Origin: Pyrinomonadaceae bacterium
Lineage (GTDB): Bacteria; Acidobacteriota; Blastocatellia; Pyrinomonadales; Pyrinomonadaceae
Length of the DNA stretch: 64,000 bases
Direction of reading: 5' to 3'
NCBI GenBank assembly: GCA_035940775.1
Contig: DASZEN010000028.1
Span: forward strand, 12,869-76,868
Numbering within the stretch: the first letter of the stretch is position 1; every line of letters starts with the position of its first letter. Below, one piece after another: positions 34,518 to 42,472 of this stretch. Both the position numbers and the translations under genes were made by a program. Under the pieces are notes generated by a model that saw only the letters and a program-made list of their open reading frames with translations, was not told the DNA's origin and searched no databases.

Positions 34518-35819
34518 ATGAAACCCTACACTTTTTGGCGCTCCTGCTCCTTGAGCATCGCGCTCGTAATCGGCGCGATGCTCACGACACCGCTGGCGCG
34601 CGCGCAGGATGTGGGCGGCGACCTGGGCGGAGCGGCGGGCATCTTCAGACCGAAGAACCCCGAGACGACGAGCAAACGGCGTGCGCCGGGGATTAAGCCG
34701 CCGACTAACAAGCCGCCCGCGACGACCGCGGCCCGGCGGCCCGGCGGCGGCGGTGGCGGTGGCGGCGGACGACCTGCGGGTTCGGCTGCTTCGGCTGCGG
34801 CTCTGGAAGAGCGAGTCGAGGATGCGCTCGACGAGGGCAACGAGGCGCGCGACGCGCGTCGTTACTCGGAGGCCGAGCGGCTCTATCGCGGCGCTTTACA
34901 GATGAAGGCGCGTGAATGGCGCGCCGCCTACGCGCTCGGCAATATTTATACGGATCAGCAGCGTTGGGAAGAGGCGGAGAAATCCTACCGTCAGGCCGTA
35001 GAATGGAACGTACTGTCGGCCGATGCGCAGCTCGCCCTCAGCTTCGTGCTCGTTCAGCCCCGCACGGGCGGCAATAATGCCAAGCGGCTGGCCGATGCCG
35101 AACAGGCCGCGCGCCGCGCCATCCAGCTTCAAGCGTCGAACCCGATTGCCTATGACCGTCTTGGCGCGGCGCTCGAAGCGCGCGGCGTATTGACGGGCGA
35201 CACCGAAGCGGCTTACCGTCGTGCCGTCGAGCTTGACCCGCAATCGGCAATCGCGCACGTACACCTGGGCCACCTTTTAAGAAAGATGAGCCGCGCGAGC
35301 GAGGCCGATCCGTTTTACCAGCGCGCGATAGAGCTGGCGCGCGATGCGCCGACGCTCGTCCTGATCGCCGAGACCTTGCAGACCGAGAATCGCTTCGATG
35401 ATTCCGAGCCGCTGCTGCGCCGCGCGCTCGAAATGGATGCGCGTAACCCGAGCGCGAACTACTTTCTGGGTCGCTCGCTCGTTTTGAAGAAGCGCTACGC
35501 GGAGGCCGAGCCGCTCCTGAAGGCGACCATAGAGGTGAGCCCGCGCAGCTTCGCGCCCTACTACGTGCTCGGCTCGGCCTACCTGAGAGCCGAGCGCCTG
35601 GAAGACGCCGAGGCCATTCTCAATCGCGCCGCCGAGTTTGCATCCACCGGAGACCGTAAGCTGTTGGCAGGCTCTTACGGTTTGAGCGGCGTCGGCGACG
35701 CTTACATCAAAGCCGGACGCGCGAAGGATGCCGTGCGCGCCTACCAGCGCGCCGTCGCACTCGACCCGGCTAATACGGAACTGCAAAGCAAGCTGGCCGA
35801 CGCCAAAACGAAGGGATGA
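34518..35819 (+). CDS. secreted TPR-repeat protein
   Basis: Signal peptide MKPYTFWRSCSLSIALVIGAMLTTPLARAQ, a Gly/Pro/basic linker, then about 8 TPR-like units (AYALGNIY, AYDRLGAALE, AHVHLGHLL, ANYFLGRSL, PYYVLGSAY...). The last four codons plus stop lie inside repeat copy B. Confidence 0.8.
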   Translation: MKPYTFWRSCSLSIALVIGAMLTTPLARAQDVGGDLGGAAGIFRPKNPETTSKRRAPGIKPPTNKPPATTAARRPGGGGGGGGGRPAGSAASAAALEERVEDALDEGNEARDARRYSEAERLYRGALQMKAREWRAAYALGNIYTDQQRWEEAEKSYRQAVEWNVLSADAQLALSFVLVQPRTGGNNAKRLADAEQAARRAIQLQASNPIAYDRLGAALEARGVLTGDTEAAYRRAVELDPQSAIAHVHLGHLLRKMSRASEADPFYQRAIELARDAPTLVLIAETLQTENRFDDSEPLLRRALEMDARNPSANYFLGRSLVLKKRYAEAEPLLKATIEVSPRSFAPYYVLGSAYLRAERLEDAEAILNRAAEFASTGDRKLLAGSYGLSGVGDAYIKAGRAKDAVRAYQRAVALDPANTELQSKLADAKTKG

Positions 35820-35950
35820 ACGAAGGGATGAAGGCTGAGGGCGGAGGGATGAGGGATAAAAGAGGCTGAGTGACGGATTCACTCTCGTAGTGATTCAGTC
35901 ATTCATCCCTGCGGCCCTCGTCCCTTCGTTCCGCCCTTCGAGGACGAACC
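35808..35950. repeat. copy B of mosaic palindromic repeat
   Basis: Left arm ACGAAGGGATGAA CGAAGGGATGAA GGCTGAGGGCGGAGGGATGAGGGAT. Right arm TCATTCATCCCTGCGGCCCTCGTCCCTTCGTTCCGCCCTTCG, about 27 of 33 complementary by hand. An internal GAGTGAcggaTTCACTC hairpin is present, and it shares TCAGTCATTCATCCCT with copy C. Confidence 0.65.
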
Positions 35951-35953
35951 ATT

Positions 35954-37135
35954 ATGCAGCGATGCCAGAAATGCGGGCGCACTTACCAGGACGATAAACA
36001 GAAGTTTTGCACCTTCGACGGCGGACGCCTCGAAGGCGCTTCCGGTTCTGAGAGCGCGCCCACAGTTATTGATCTGAACCAGACCTTGCAGTCGAACCTG
36101 CCTCCGGGGCCGGGCTCGACCGCGCCCATCGTTCCGCCCGATCTCAACAGGACTATCGCCGGGGGGCCGCCCACACCGACCTCCGAATTTCAGACGCAAC
36201 CGACGGGGCCGACGAACGGGCCGACCTCGTCGCCCTTGCCGACCGTCTCGGCGTCCCTGCCCGCGACCCCCTCAGCGCCGCTAATGCCGCCGCCGCCACA
36301 GCAGCCGCAGTCGCAGCCATTGGCCCAAGCGGCTGCTCAACCTGCGAAGAAGTCCAGCAAGCTGCCTTGGATTTTGGGTGGGATCGCGGCGCTCCTGTTG
36401 CTCGCTCTGGGCGCGGGAGGCGTCCTCGTCTGGTTTGTGACCACCAAATCGCAGAAGCCCGGCGGCGGCACGGCCATCAATAGCGGCGCGGACAACAACG
36501 CTAATTCAAGCGCGAATGCCAACGACAAAGCGACGACCGCCAACACGAGCCCGAGCCCCACACTGACGCCGCCGCCCAACGCGACGCAGTTCGTCAACAC
36601 TCGCCGTAATTTGAACGCATTGCTCACGGAGCATTACGCGGATTTCTCATTCTATTATCCGAGGACGTGGGAGCTGGACACGAAAGCCGGGAGCGAGGGC
36701 TCCAGCAACTTCGTCAAGGTCGAGAGAAGGCTGCCTCCCGATTATACGCAGGAGAACTTCGCCGTCGGTTACTACGAGAGCCACGGCACGGTCGACGCCG
36801 ACCGTCCGATCTTCCCGAGCCTCGTCAAGTCTTTCGATTCAAAGTTCAACTCCAGCTTTCCCGAATACCGGAAAATTTCCGAGGGCGAGACCAGCATCAA
36901 TTCGATCAGCGGTTACGAGTTCCGCTTCCAGAGCGTCTCGCGCGGAACGGAGAAGGGCGACATCACCATCTGGGGGCGCATAGTCCTGCTGCCTCCGGGC
37001 GTCGAAGGCGATAAGCGCGGAGTGACGTTGTTGATGCTGGCGACCTCAGTCGCGCCGGAGTTGAAGAGCATAGATGATGTCGGCGTGCGTGGCGAATTGC
37101 CCGTGATCTTAAACTCATTCAAGCTGGGCCAATGA
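35954..37135 (+). CDS. Zn-ribbon / Pro-rich linker / TM / C-terminal globular domain protein
   Basis: 393 aa. N-terminal MQRCQKCGRTYQDDKQKFCTFDGGRL, a Pro/Ser/Thr-rich linker, a TM helix (LPWILGGIAALLLLALGAGGVLVWFV), an Asn/Ala/Thr-rich spacer and a 190-aa domain. A PsbP/DcrB-like fold for that domain is only a guess. Confidence 0.7.
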   Translation: MQRCQKCGRTYQDDKQKFCTFDGGRLEGASGSESAPTVIDLNQTLQSNLPPGPGSTAPIVPPDLNRTIAGGPPTPTSEFQTQPTGPTNGPTSSPLPTVSASLPATPSAPLMPPPPQQPQSQPLAQAAAQPAKKSSKLPWILGGIAALLLLALGAGGVLVWFVTTKSQKPGGGTAINSGADNNANSSANANDKATTANTSPSPTLTPPPNATQFVNTRRNLNALLTEHYADFSFYYPRTWELDTKAGSEGSSNFVKVERRLPPDYTQENFAVGYYESHGTVDADRPIFPSLVKSFDSKFNSSFPEYRKISEGETSINSISGYEFRFQSVSRGTEKGDITIWGRIVLLPPGVEGDKRGVTLLMLATSVAPELKSIDDVGVRGELPVILNSFKLGQ

Positions 37136-37280
37136 GCCGGAGCGCACCCGTGAAGTATGAGCGCTGGCGGGCTCTCGAAAGCTTAAGGTTTCAAAAGCTT
37201 CGGGCTTTGAGTTCTGCCGACGAGCCCTTCGACTCGAAACCGTAAAACCCGAAACCCAAAAACATCTAAGGTAGAGTCCC

Positions 37281-40200
37281 ATGAAGATAGTTCTAGCAGA
37301 AGAGAGCAACGGGCAACAGAAGCCCGAACGCTCATACGAACGCCCCGTCGTAAAAATCGGACGCGATCCGGCAGAGTGCCAGGTCGTCTTCAACCAGACG
37401 GAATGGCCCATGGTCTCGCGCCGTCACGCCGAGATTCGCTTAAAGGACGGGCGCTATCTGCTCGTCGATACCAATTCGAGCTTCGGCACTTTTCTTGACG
37501 GCCAGCGCATCGCCGAGCCCGCGGAGTTGCGCCAGGGCGCGCGCGCGCAGTTCGGCGCGGGCGGCCCCGTCATGCTCATCGTGCGCATCGAGCGGGAGCA
37601 GTCCAAACCCGCTCCCGTCGACTTTGCGGATATGGAGACGCGGCGCGACATGATGACGGAAGAGCGTCCCGCCGCGCCGACGCCCATTCCCACAACATCT
37701 CCTGCACCGCCAGCAGCCCCGAAGGCCGCTACACCGCAACAGCCGCCGCAGCCGCCGCCGCCCGTCGCGCAGCAGCAGCAGCAGCCCGCCGCTCCCGTTG
37801 CCGCACAACCACCGCCGTCGCCTCCTCCTCAGCGAAGCGCAGCCCCTCCTGCGCCGTCGCAGCCAGCCTTCATAGAGATAGTACGCAGCGCGACCGGCCA
37901 GCTCGAACGCATACAGGTCACGAAGGATGTGATGATGCTCGGACGCGACCCGGCGACCGACGTGGCGATAGAGGCATCGGCTGCCGTCGTCTCGCGTCGT
38001 CACGCCGAGGTGCAACGCCGCGACGGCCAGTTCGTTCTGGTCGATAAAGGCAGCTTCAACGGCACGCTCCTTAACGACCAGCGCATCACCACGCCGACGC
38101 CTCTCTATGACGGAGACCGCATCCAGCTTGGCATGGGTGGGCCCATACTGCGCTTCGTCGCTCCGTCGCATCCGGCCCCGGCCGGAGCGCAGCACGCCGG
38201 GCAGCGCGCCCTCGCCGGGGCGGGTGCACCGGCCGTCGCACCCGTCGCGCCCGTTTCGGGGCCGCTCGCCGAGGTCGCCGGGATGCACACGATGGTCGTC
38301 AAGTCCGGCTCCGGCTCCCTGCAACAGCAGAAGCCAGCCATCGGCGCGGGCGGTGGCGTCGCGGGCCAGCCGCAGTTGCTGATGCAGCTCGGCTTCAACG
38401 GCAAGCAGCAGCTCACCATAGGCCGCGCGCCCGACAACGATATTCACCTTGACGGATTGCAAATCTCCAACCATCACGCGCGGCTGCTGAACGCCTCGGG
38501 CCAGATCATCATAGAGGATGTCGGCTCGACCAATGGCGTCTACGTCAACGGCGCGCGCATCACGGGGCGTCGCCCCGTCCAGAACCGCGATATTGTGCAG
38601 GTCGGCCCGTTCGTCTTGCAGGCAGACCCGCAGCGCGGCGTCGCCATCTTCGACACCCGCTCGAAGACGCGCATCGATGTCATAGACATCACCAAAGAGG
38701 TCTCGAACCGTTCGGGCGGCGGGATGATTAAGCTCCTGGATGATGTCGACCTGACGATTCAGCCCAACGAGTTCGTCGGCCTCCTGGGCCCATCGGGCGC
38801 GGGCAAATCGACGCTCATGGATTCGATGAACGGCATGCGGCCCGCCACGGCCGGACACGTGCTGATTAATAATCTAGACCTCTACCAGCACCTGGATTCC
38901 CTCAAACAGTCAATCGGTTATGTCCCGCAGGACGACATCATTCACCGCGAGCTGACCGTCTACCGCACGCTCTATTACGTCGCCCGCCTCAGGCTTTCTC
39001 GCGACGTGTCGACGCAGGAGATAGACCAGATCGTGGGCGAGGTGATGGACGTGACGGGACTTTCGGAGCGCAGGGACGTGCCGGTGGGCCAACTCTCCGG
39101 CGGACAGCGCAAGCGCGTCTCCATCGCCGTCGAGCTGATTACCAAGCCCTCGGTCATCTTCCTGGACGAGCCGACTTCGGGGCTCGACCCGGCGACCGAA
39201 GAGAAGATCATGAAGCTGTTCCGGCAGATCGCGGAATCGGGCCGAACCGTCATCCTGACGACGCACGCGATGGAGAACGTCAAGCTCTTCGACAAGATCG
39301 TCGTCATGATGAGGGGCAAGCTGGTCTTCTACGGTGCGCCGCAGGAGGCGCTCGCGCACGTTCAGGCCGACAGCTTCAAAGACCTCTACGACAAGCTGGA
39401 AGCCCCCATCGAAGATCAGATCGCGAAGCTGCCCCCTTTGCCGCCCAATGCGACCAAGGAGCAGAAGTCCGCATTCAAAAAGCAGAAGGAGCAGATCGCC
39501 GAGGCGGTCGCCGAGGAATGGAAGCGGCGCTTTCAACGCACGCCGCAATACCAGCGCAATATCGTGCAGCCCCTGAGCGGCCTGCGGCGTGACCAGCAGG
39601 TGGTGGCGCCCGTCAAGCGGCGTCCGACCGTGACGGATGCGCTGCGCCAGTGGGCGACGCTCGCGCGCCGCTACATGGAGGTGCTCGGGCGCGACCGCTT
39701 CAATCTTCTGATCCTGTTCGGACAAGCCCCAATCGTGGCCTTTCTTCTTTATCTGGTGGTGGGCCGCGACGTTCCGCGCGACTTTCCGTTCTTCGTGCTC
39801 GCGCTCGTCGCCGTCTGGTTCGGCACTTCGGTCGCGGCGCGCGAGATCATACGCGAGCGCGCCGTCTATAATCGCGAGCGCATGGTCAACCTCGGGCTTC
39901 TGCCCTACGTCGGCTCAAAACTCTTCGTGCTCTCGATGATCGTCGGCGTACAGTGCGTCCTGCTCTTCGGGACGATCAAGCTCTTTGACCTCGCCGGGAT
40001 GATGAAGTTTCAGGGTTTATGGGTGGGCATCCCGCAGTTGATAATCATGATTATGACGGGAATCGTCGGCATCGCGCTCGGCCTCTTCGTCTCGGCCGTG
40101 GTCAAGACATCCGAGATGGCGACGAGCCTCGTGCCGCTCATACTGATTCCGCAGATCCTCTTCTCGGGACTCGTCGGCGTGCCGCAGGGCACCTCGAAGC

Positions 40201-40670
40201 TCGTCGGCCTGATTATGCCTGCGACCTGGTCTTTCGACGAGATGAAACGCCTGTCGGGACTCGATACGCTGCGCGAGGAGGGCTCGGAGAAGGCCGGGAC
40301 GAACGAGGGGCGCGGCCTCTACAAACACGTAGAGGACTTGAACGACGAGAACATCACGCGCGCGCGCCGCGACATAGAAAACTACAAGAAGACGGCCGAG
40401 GATAATCAGGCCGACTTCGAGAAGAAGATGAACGATTTCGTCGCCAGGTTGAAGCAGGGCGATACGTCGGCCGTTCAGCCCGAAGCGCCGAAACTCGGCG
40501 ACGCACCGACCGTGCCCGAGGCCGAGAGGATACCCGACGATCTGAGCAACTACGTGGACTTTCTGCACCCGTGGGGCCATATCCTTTTGAACCCCATCGT
40601 GCTCCTGATAATGTTCTTCGGTCTGATGGTTGCGACCATCATGGCGCTCAGATCGCAGGACATCGGGTGA
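37281..40670 (+). CDS. triple-FHA-domain ABC transporter (FHA x3 + ATPase + ABC-2-type permease fused)
   Basis: 1129 aa. The three FHA cores are VVKIGRDP..VSRRHAEIRLKDGRYLLVDTNSSFGTFLDG, VMMLGRDP..VSRRHAEVQRRDGQFVLVDKGSFNGTLLND and LTIGRAPDNDIHL..ISNHHARL..IIEDVGSTNGVYVNG. ABC motifs are Walker A GPSGAGKST, signature LSGGQRKRV and Walker B VIFLDEPTSGLD. Six or more TM helices follow, with a charged insert of about 120 aa before the last helix. Confidence 0.9.
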   Translation: MKIVLAEESNGQQKPERSYERPVVKIGRDPAECQVVFNQTEWPMVSRRHAEIRLKDGRYLLVDTNSSFGTFLDGQRIAEPAELRQGARAQFGAGGPVMLIVRIEREQSKPAPVDFADMETRRDMMTEERPAAPTPIPTTSPAPPAAPKAATPQQPPQPPPPVAQQQQQPAAPVAAQPPPSPPPQRSAAPPAPSQPAFIEIVRSATGQLERIQVTKDVMMLGRDPATDVAIEASAAVVSRRHAEVQRRDGQFVLVDKGSFNGTLLNDQRITTPTPLYDGDRIQLGMGGPILRFVAPSHPAPAGAQHAGQRALAGAGAPAVAPVAPVSGPLAEVAGMHTMVVKSGSGSLQQQKPAIGAGGGVAGQPQLLMQLGFNGKQQLTIGRAPDNDIHLDGLQISNHHARLLNASGQIIIEDVGSTNGVYVNGARITGRRPVQNRDIVQVGPFVLQADPQRGVAIFDTRSKTRIDVIDITKEVSNRSGGGMIKLLDDVDLTIQPNEFVGLLGPSGAGKSTLMDSMNGMRPATAGHVLINNLDLYQHLDSLKQSIGYVPQDDIIHRELTVYRTLYYVARLRLSRDVSTQEIDQIVGEVMDVTGLSERRDVPVGQLSGGQRKRVSIAVELITKPSVIFLDEPTSGLDPATEEKIMKLFRQIAESGRTVILTTHAMENVKLFDKIVVMMRGKLVFYGAPQEALAHVQADSFKDLYDKLEAPIEDQIAKLPPLPPNATKEQKSAFKKQKEQIAEAVAEEWKRRFQRTPQYQRNIVQPLSGLRRDQQVVAPVKRRPTVTDALRQWATLARRYMEVLGRDRFNLLILFGQAPIVAFLLYLVVGRDVPRDFPFFVLALVAVWFGTSVAAREIIRERAVYNRERMVNLGLLPYVGSKLFVLSMIVGVQCVLLFGTIKLFDLAGMMKFQGLWVGIPQLIIMIMTGIVGIALGLFVSAVVKTSEMATSLVPLILIPQILFSGLVGVPQGTSKLVGLIMPATWSFDEMKRLSGLDTLREEGSEKAGTNEGRGLYKHVEDLNDENITRARRDIENYKKTAEDNQADFEKKMNDFVARLKQGDTSAVQPEAPKLGDAPTVPEAERIPDDLSNYVDFLHPWGHILLNPIVLLIMFFGLMVATIMALRSQDIG

Positions 40671-40717
40671 AGTCCGAAAAGGCTCGAACTCTCGCCCTCG
40701 GCTAAAAGCGCTCAAAA

Positions 40718-40753
40718 TTGCAGCCCACGGCGCGCCGCGTCCGTGGGCTGCAA
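40718..40753 (+). terminator. hairpin terminator after FHA-ABC gene
   Basis: Perfect 13-bp stem TTGCAGCCCACGG / CCGTGGGCTGCAA with a 10-nt loop, followed by GGTTTATGG. Confidence 0.5.
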
Positions 40754-40812
40754 GGTTTATGGGGTCTTTACCCGCTCGGGTACGCTCACGGGCGAAGACT
40801 TGGCGCGCCGCC

Positions 40813-40841
40813 TTGACTTGGCGGCGTCAAGTCACGATATT
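40813..40841 (+). promoter_or_regulatory. candidate sigma70-type promoter for 40902 gene
   Basis: TTGACT (40813-40818), a 17-nt spacer, then GATATT (40836-40841), located 60 nt upstream of the ATG. Pattern match only. Confidence 0.35.
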
Positions 40842-40901
40842 TAGCTTTCGGTTAAGCCGGAGGCGGGCTATGCGCTTTGGCCCATCGCTCTTTCGGGGGA
40901 C

Positions 40902-41534
40902 ATGACGAAATTGAGAAAGCCAGTGTGGACATCGCTCGCGGCGCTTGCGCTTTGTCTCGCGCACCACCACCTCGCGTGGGGGGCCAGCTCTTTCGCCCTG
41001 CCCGTTCACGGTCAACCCGAGCGCGCGCCGCAACAGCAGCAGCAGCAAACTTTCCCGGCCCCGCCCGCAGACCGCACGCTCGTCTACGTCGCGGACGAGA
41101 CGGGGGCGCTCGCGGCGCTGCCGTTTGAAGCGGGGGCGACGCCTATTAAAACCGATGAGGTGGCCAAGAGCGATAAGATCAGCTATGTCGAAGTGAAGGG
41201 CGCGAGCGCCGCGACGACCGTTAGAGGGGACGAGCCGCGCCTCTACGTTTTCGTGCCGGATAAGACGGAGGCGCATCCTCCGTTTCTCGTACGTCTCGAA
41301 GCAAAGCGCGGGGCGCGGCGTGTGACGGCCGTTACGCAGCGCGGGTTGCGCGGCTACGCCATCGCTTCCGAAGAGATAGTCAAGCCGCGCTATCGCGTGC
41401 TGGCGCGCGACGGCCAGCAGGTTTACATGGAGATACGCCCGCGCGAGCCGCTTCTGCCCGGCGAATATGCTATCGTTGGCACAGACCTTCAGCGCATCGC
41501 GACGTTTCGAGTCGCCGGGGCCTTTATCCCTTAG
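40902..41534 (+). CDS. secreted hypothetical protein
   Basis: 210 aa with a signal-like N-terminus (VWTSLAALALCLAHHHLAWG) and a Q6 tract. No family recognised. Confidence 0.6.
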   Translation: MTKLRKPVWTSLAALALCLAHHHLAWGASSFALPVHGQPERAPQQQQQQTFPAPPADRTLVYVADETGALAALPFEAGATPIKTDEVAKSDKISYVEVKGASAATTVRGDEPRLYVFVPDKTEAHPPFLVRLEAKRGARRVTAVTQRGLRGYAIASEEIVKPRYRVLARDGQQVYMEIRPREPLLPGEYAIVGTDLQRIATFRVAGAFIP

Positions 41535-41567
41535 ATTGGCGGTTTAAGAAAAGGAAGATTTGACTAA

Positions 41568-42248
41568 ATGACTTCTCCAACACAGCCGAGCGCGCGCGTG
41601 CCTAAAAAATTCTGGACTACGGGTCGCATGGCTTTTACCTTTGTCGTGCTGGCGCTCGTCGCTGCCTTTGGAGCTTCGAGCTGTAATCAGGCTACGGAGG
41701 TGGCGATAAGCAATCAGGGCGCGACGCAGACCGGCGGCGGCGCTGGTGCACCGCAGGCGGCGGGCGGCCCGGCCGTCCCTGCGGCCCTGCCTCCGCTGCC
41801 AGCGAACTTGATGACGACCGAGCTAAAGACGCTCGACGGAAAGAGCATCAAGCTCGCGGATTACGCTGGAAAAGTCGTCATCGTCAACTTGTGGGCGACG
41901 TGGTGCGGGCCGTGCCGGATAGAGATTCCACACCTGATCGACATCGCCAACGAGTATCGAGGGCGCGTCGAGTTGATCGGTCTGACCAATGAAGACCCCG
42001 TCGCCGATGCGGAGAAGGTCAACGAGTTCGTGCGCGAGCAGAAAATCAATTACACCGTCGGCTGGGCGTCACAGGAATTTGCGCTCGGGTTGATGCAGGG
42101 ACAGATACGAAATTCTATCCCGCAAAGCTTCGTTATCTCGCGCGAGGGTCGCGTCGTAAAGCGCTTCGTCGGCTTCAGTCCCGTGCAGACGCCGCCGCAG
42201 ATGCGCCAGGCCGTCGAGCAGGCCGTCAACGAAAAGAGCGGAACCTGA
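41568..42248 (+). CDS. TlpA/ResA-like thiol-disulfide oxidoreductase (membrane-anchored thioredoxin fold)
   Basis: N-terminal TM helix, then VVIVNLWATWCGPCRIEIPHL (WCGPC active site) and a typical redoxin C-terminal half. Confidence 0.85.
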   Translation: MTSPTQPSARVPKKFWTTGRMAFTFVVLALVAAFGASSCNQATEVAISNQGATQTGGGAGAPQAAGGPAVPAALPPLPANLMTTELKTLDGKSIKLADYAGKVVIVNLWATWCGPCRIEIPHLIDIANEYRGRVELIGLTNEDPVADAEKVNEFVREQKINYTVGWASQEFALGLMQGQIRNSIPQSFVISREGRVVKRFVGFSPVQTPPQMRQAVEQAVNEKSGT

Positions 42249-42472
42249 AGAACCCATTAAGAAGGCCTTCCAGGCCGCTCTCGCGCCCGCGCAACGCCGA
42301 CAGAGACCAGTGAGAGAGCGAGCGAGCGCCGGGAGCGACGCCGGTGAAAAGCCGCAGGGTCGGGCGTGCTCGTCCCTGAGTTTGCTGCAATCGCGCCTCA
42401 AGATCATCTTCAAGCCCTCACCACGGAAAGAGTTTTGCGGCGCGTCGCGACCGTGATGACCGGAGGCATAGG

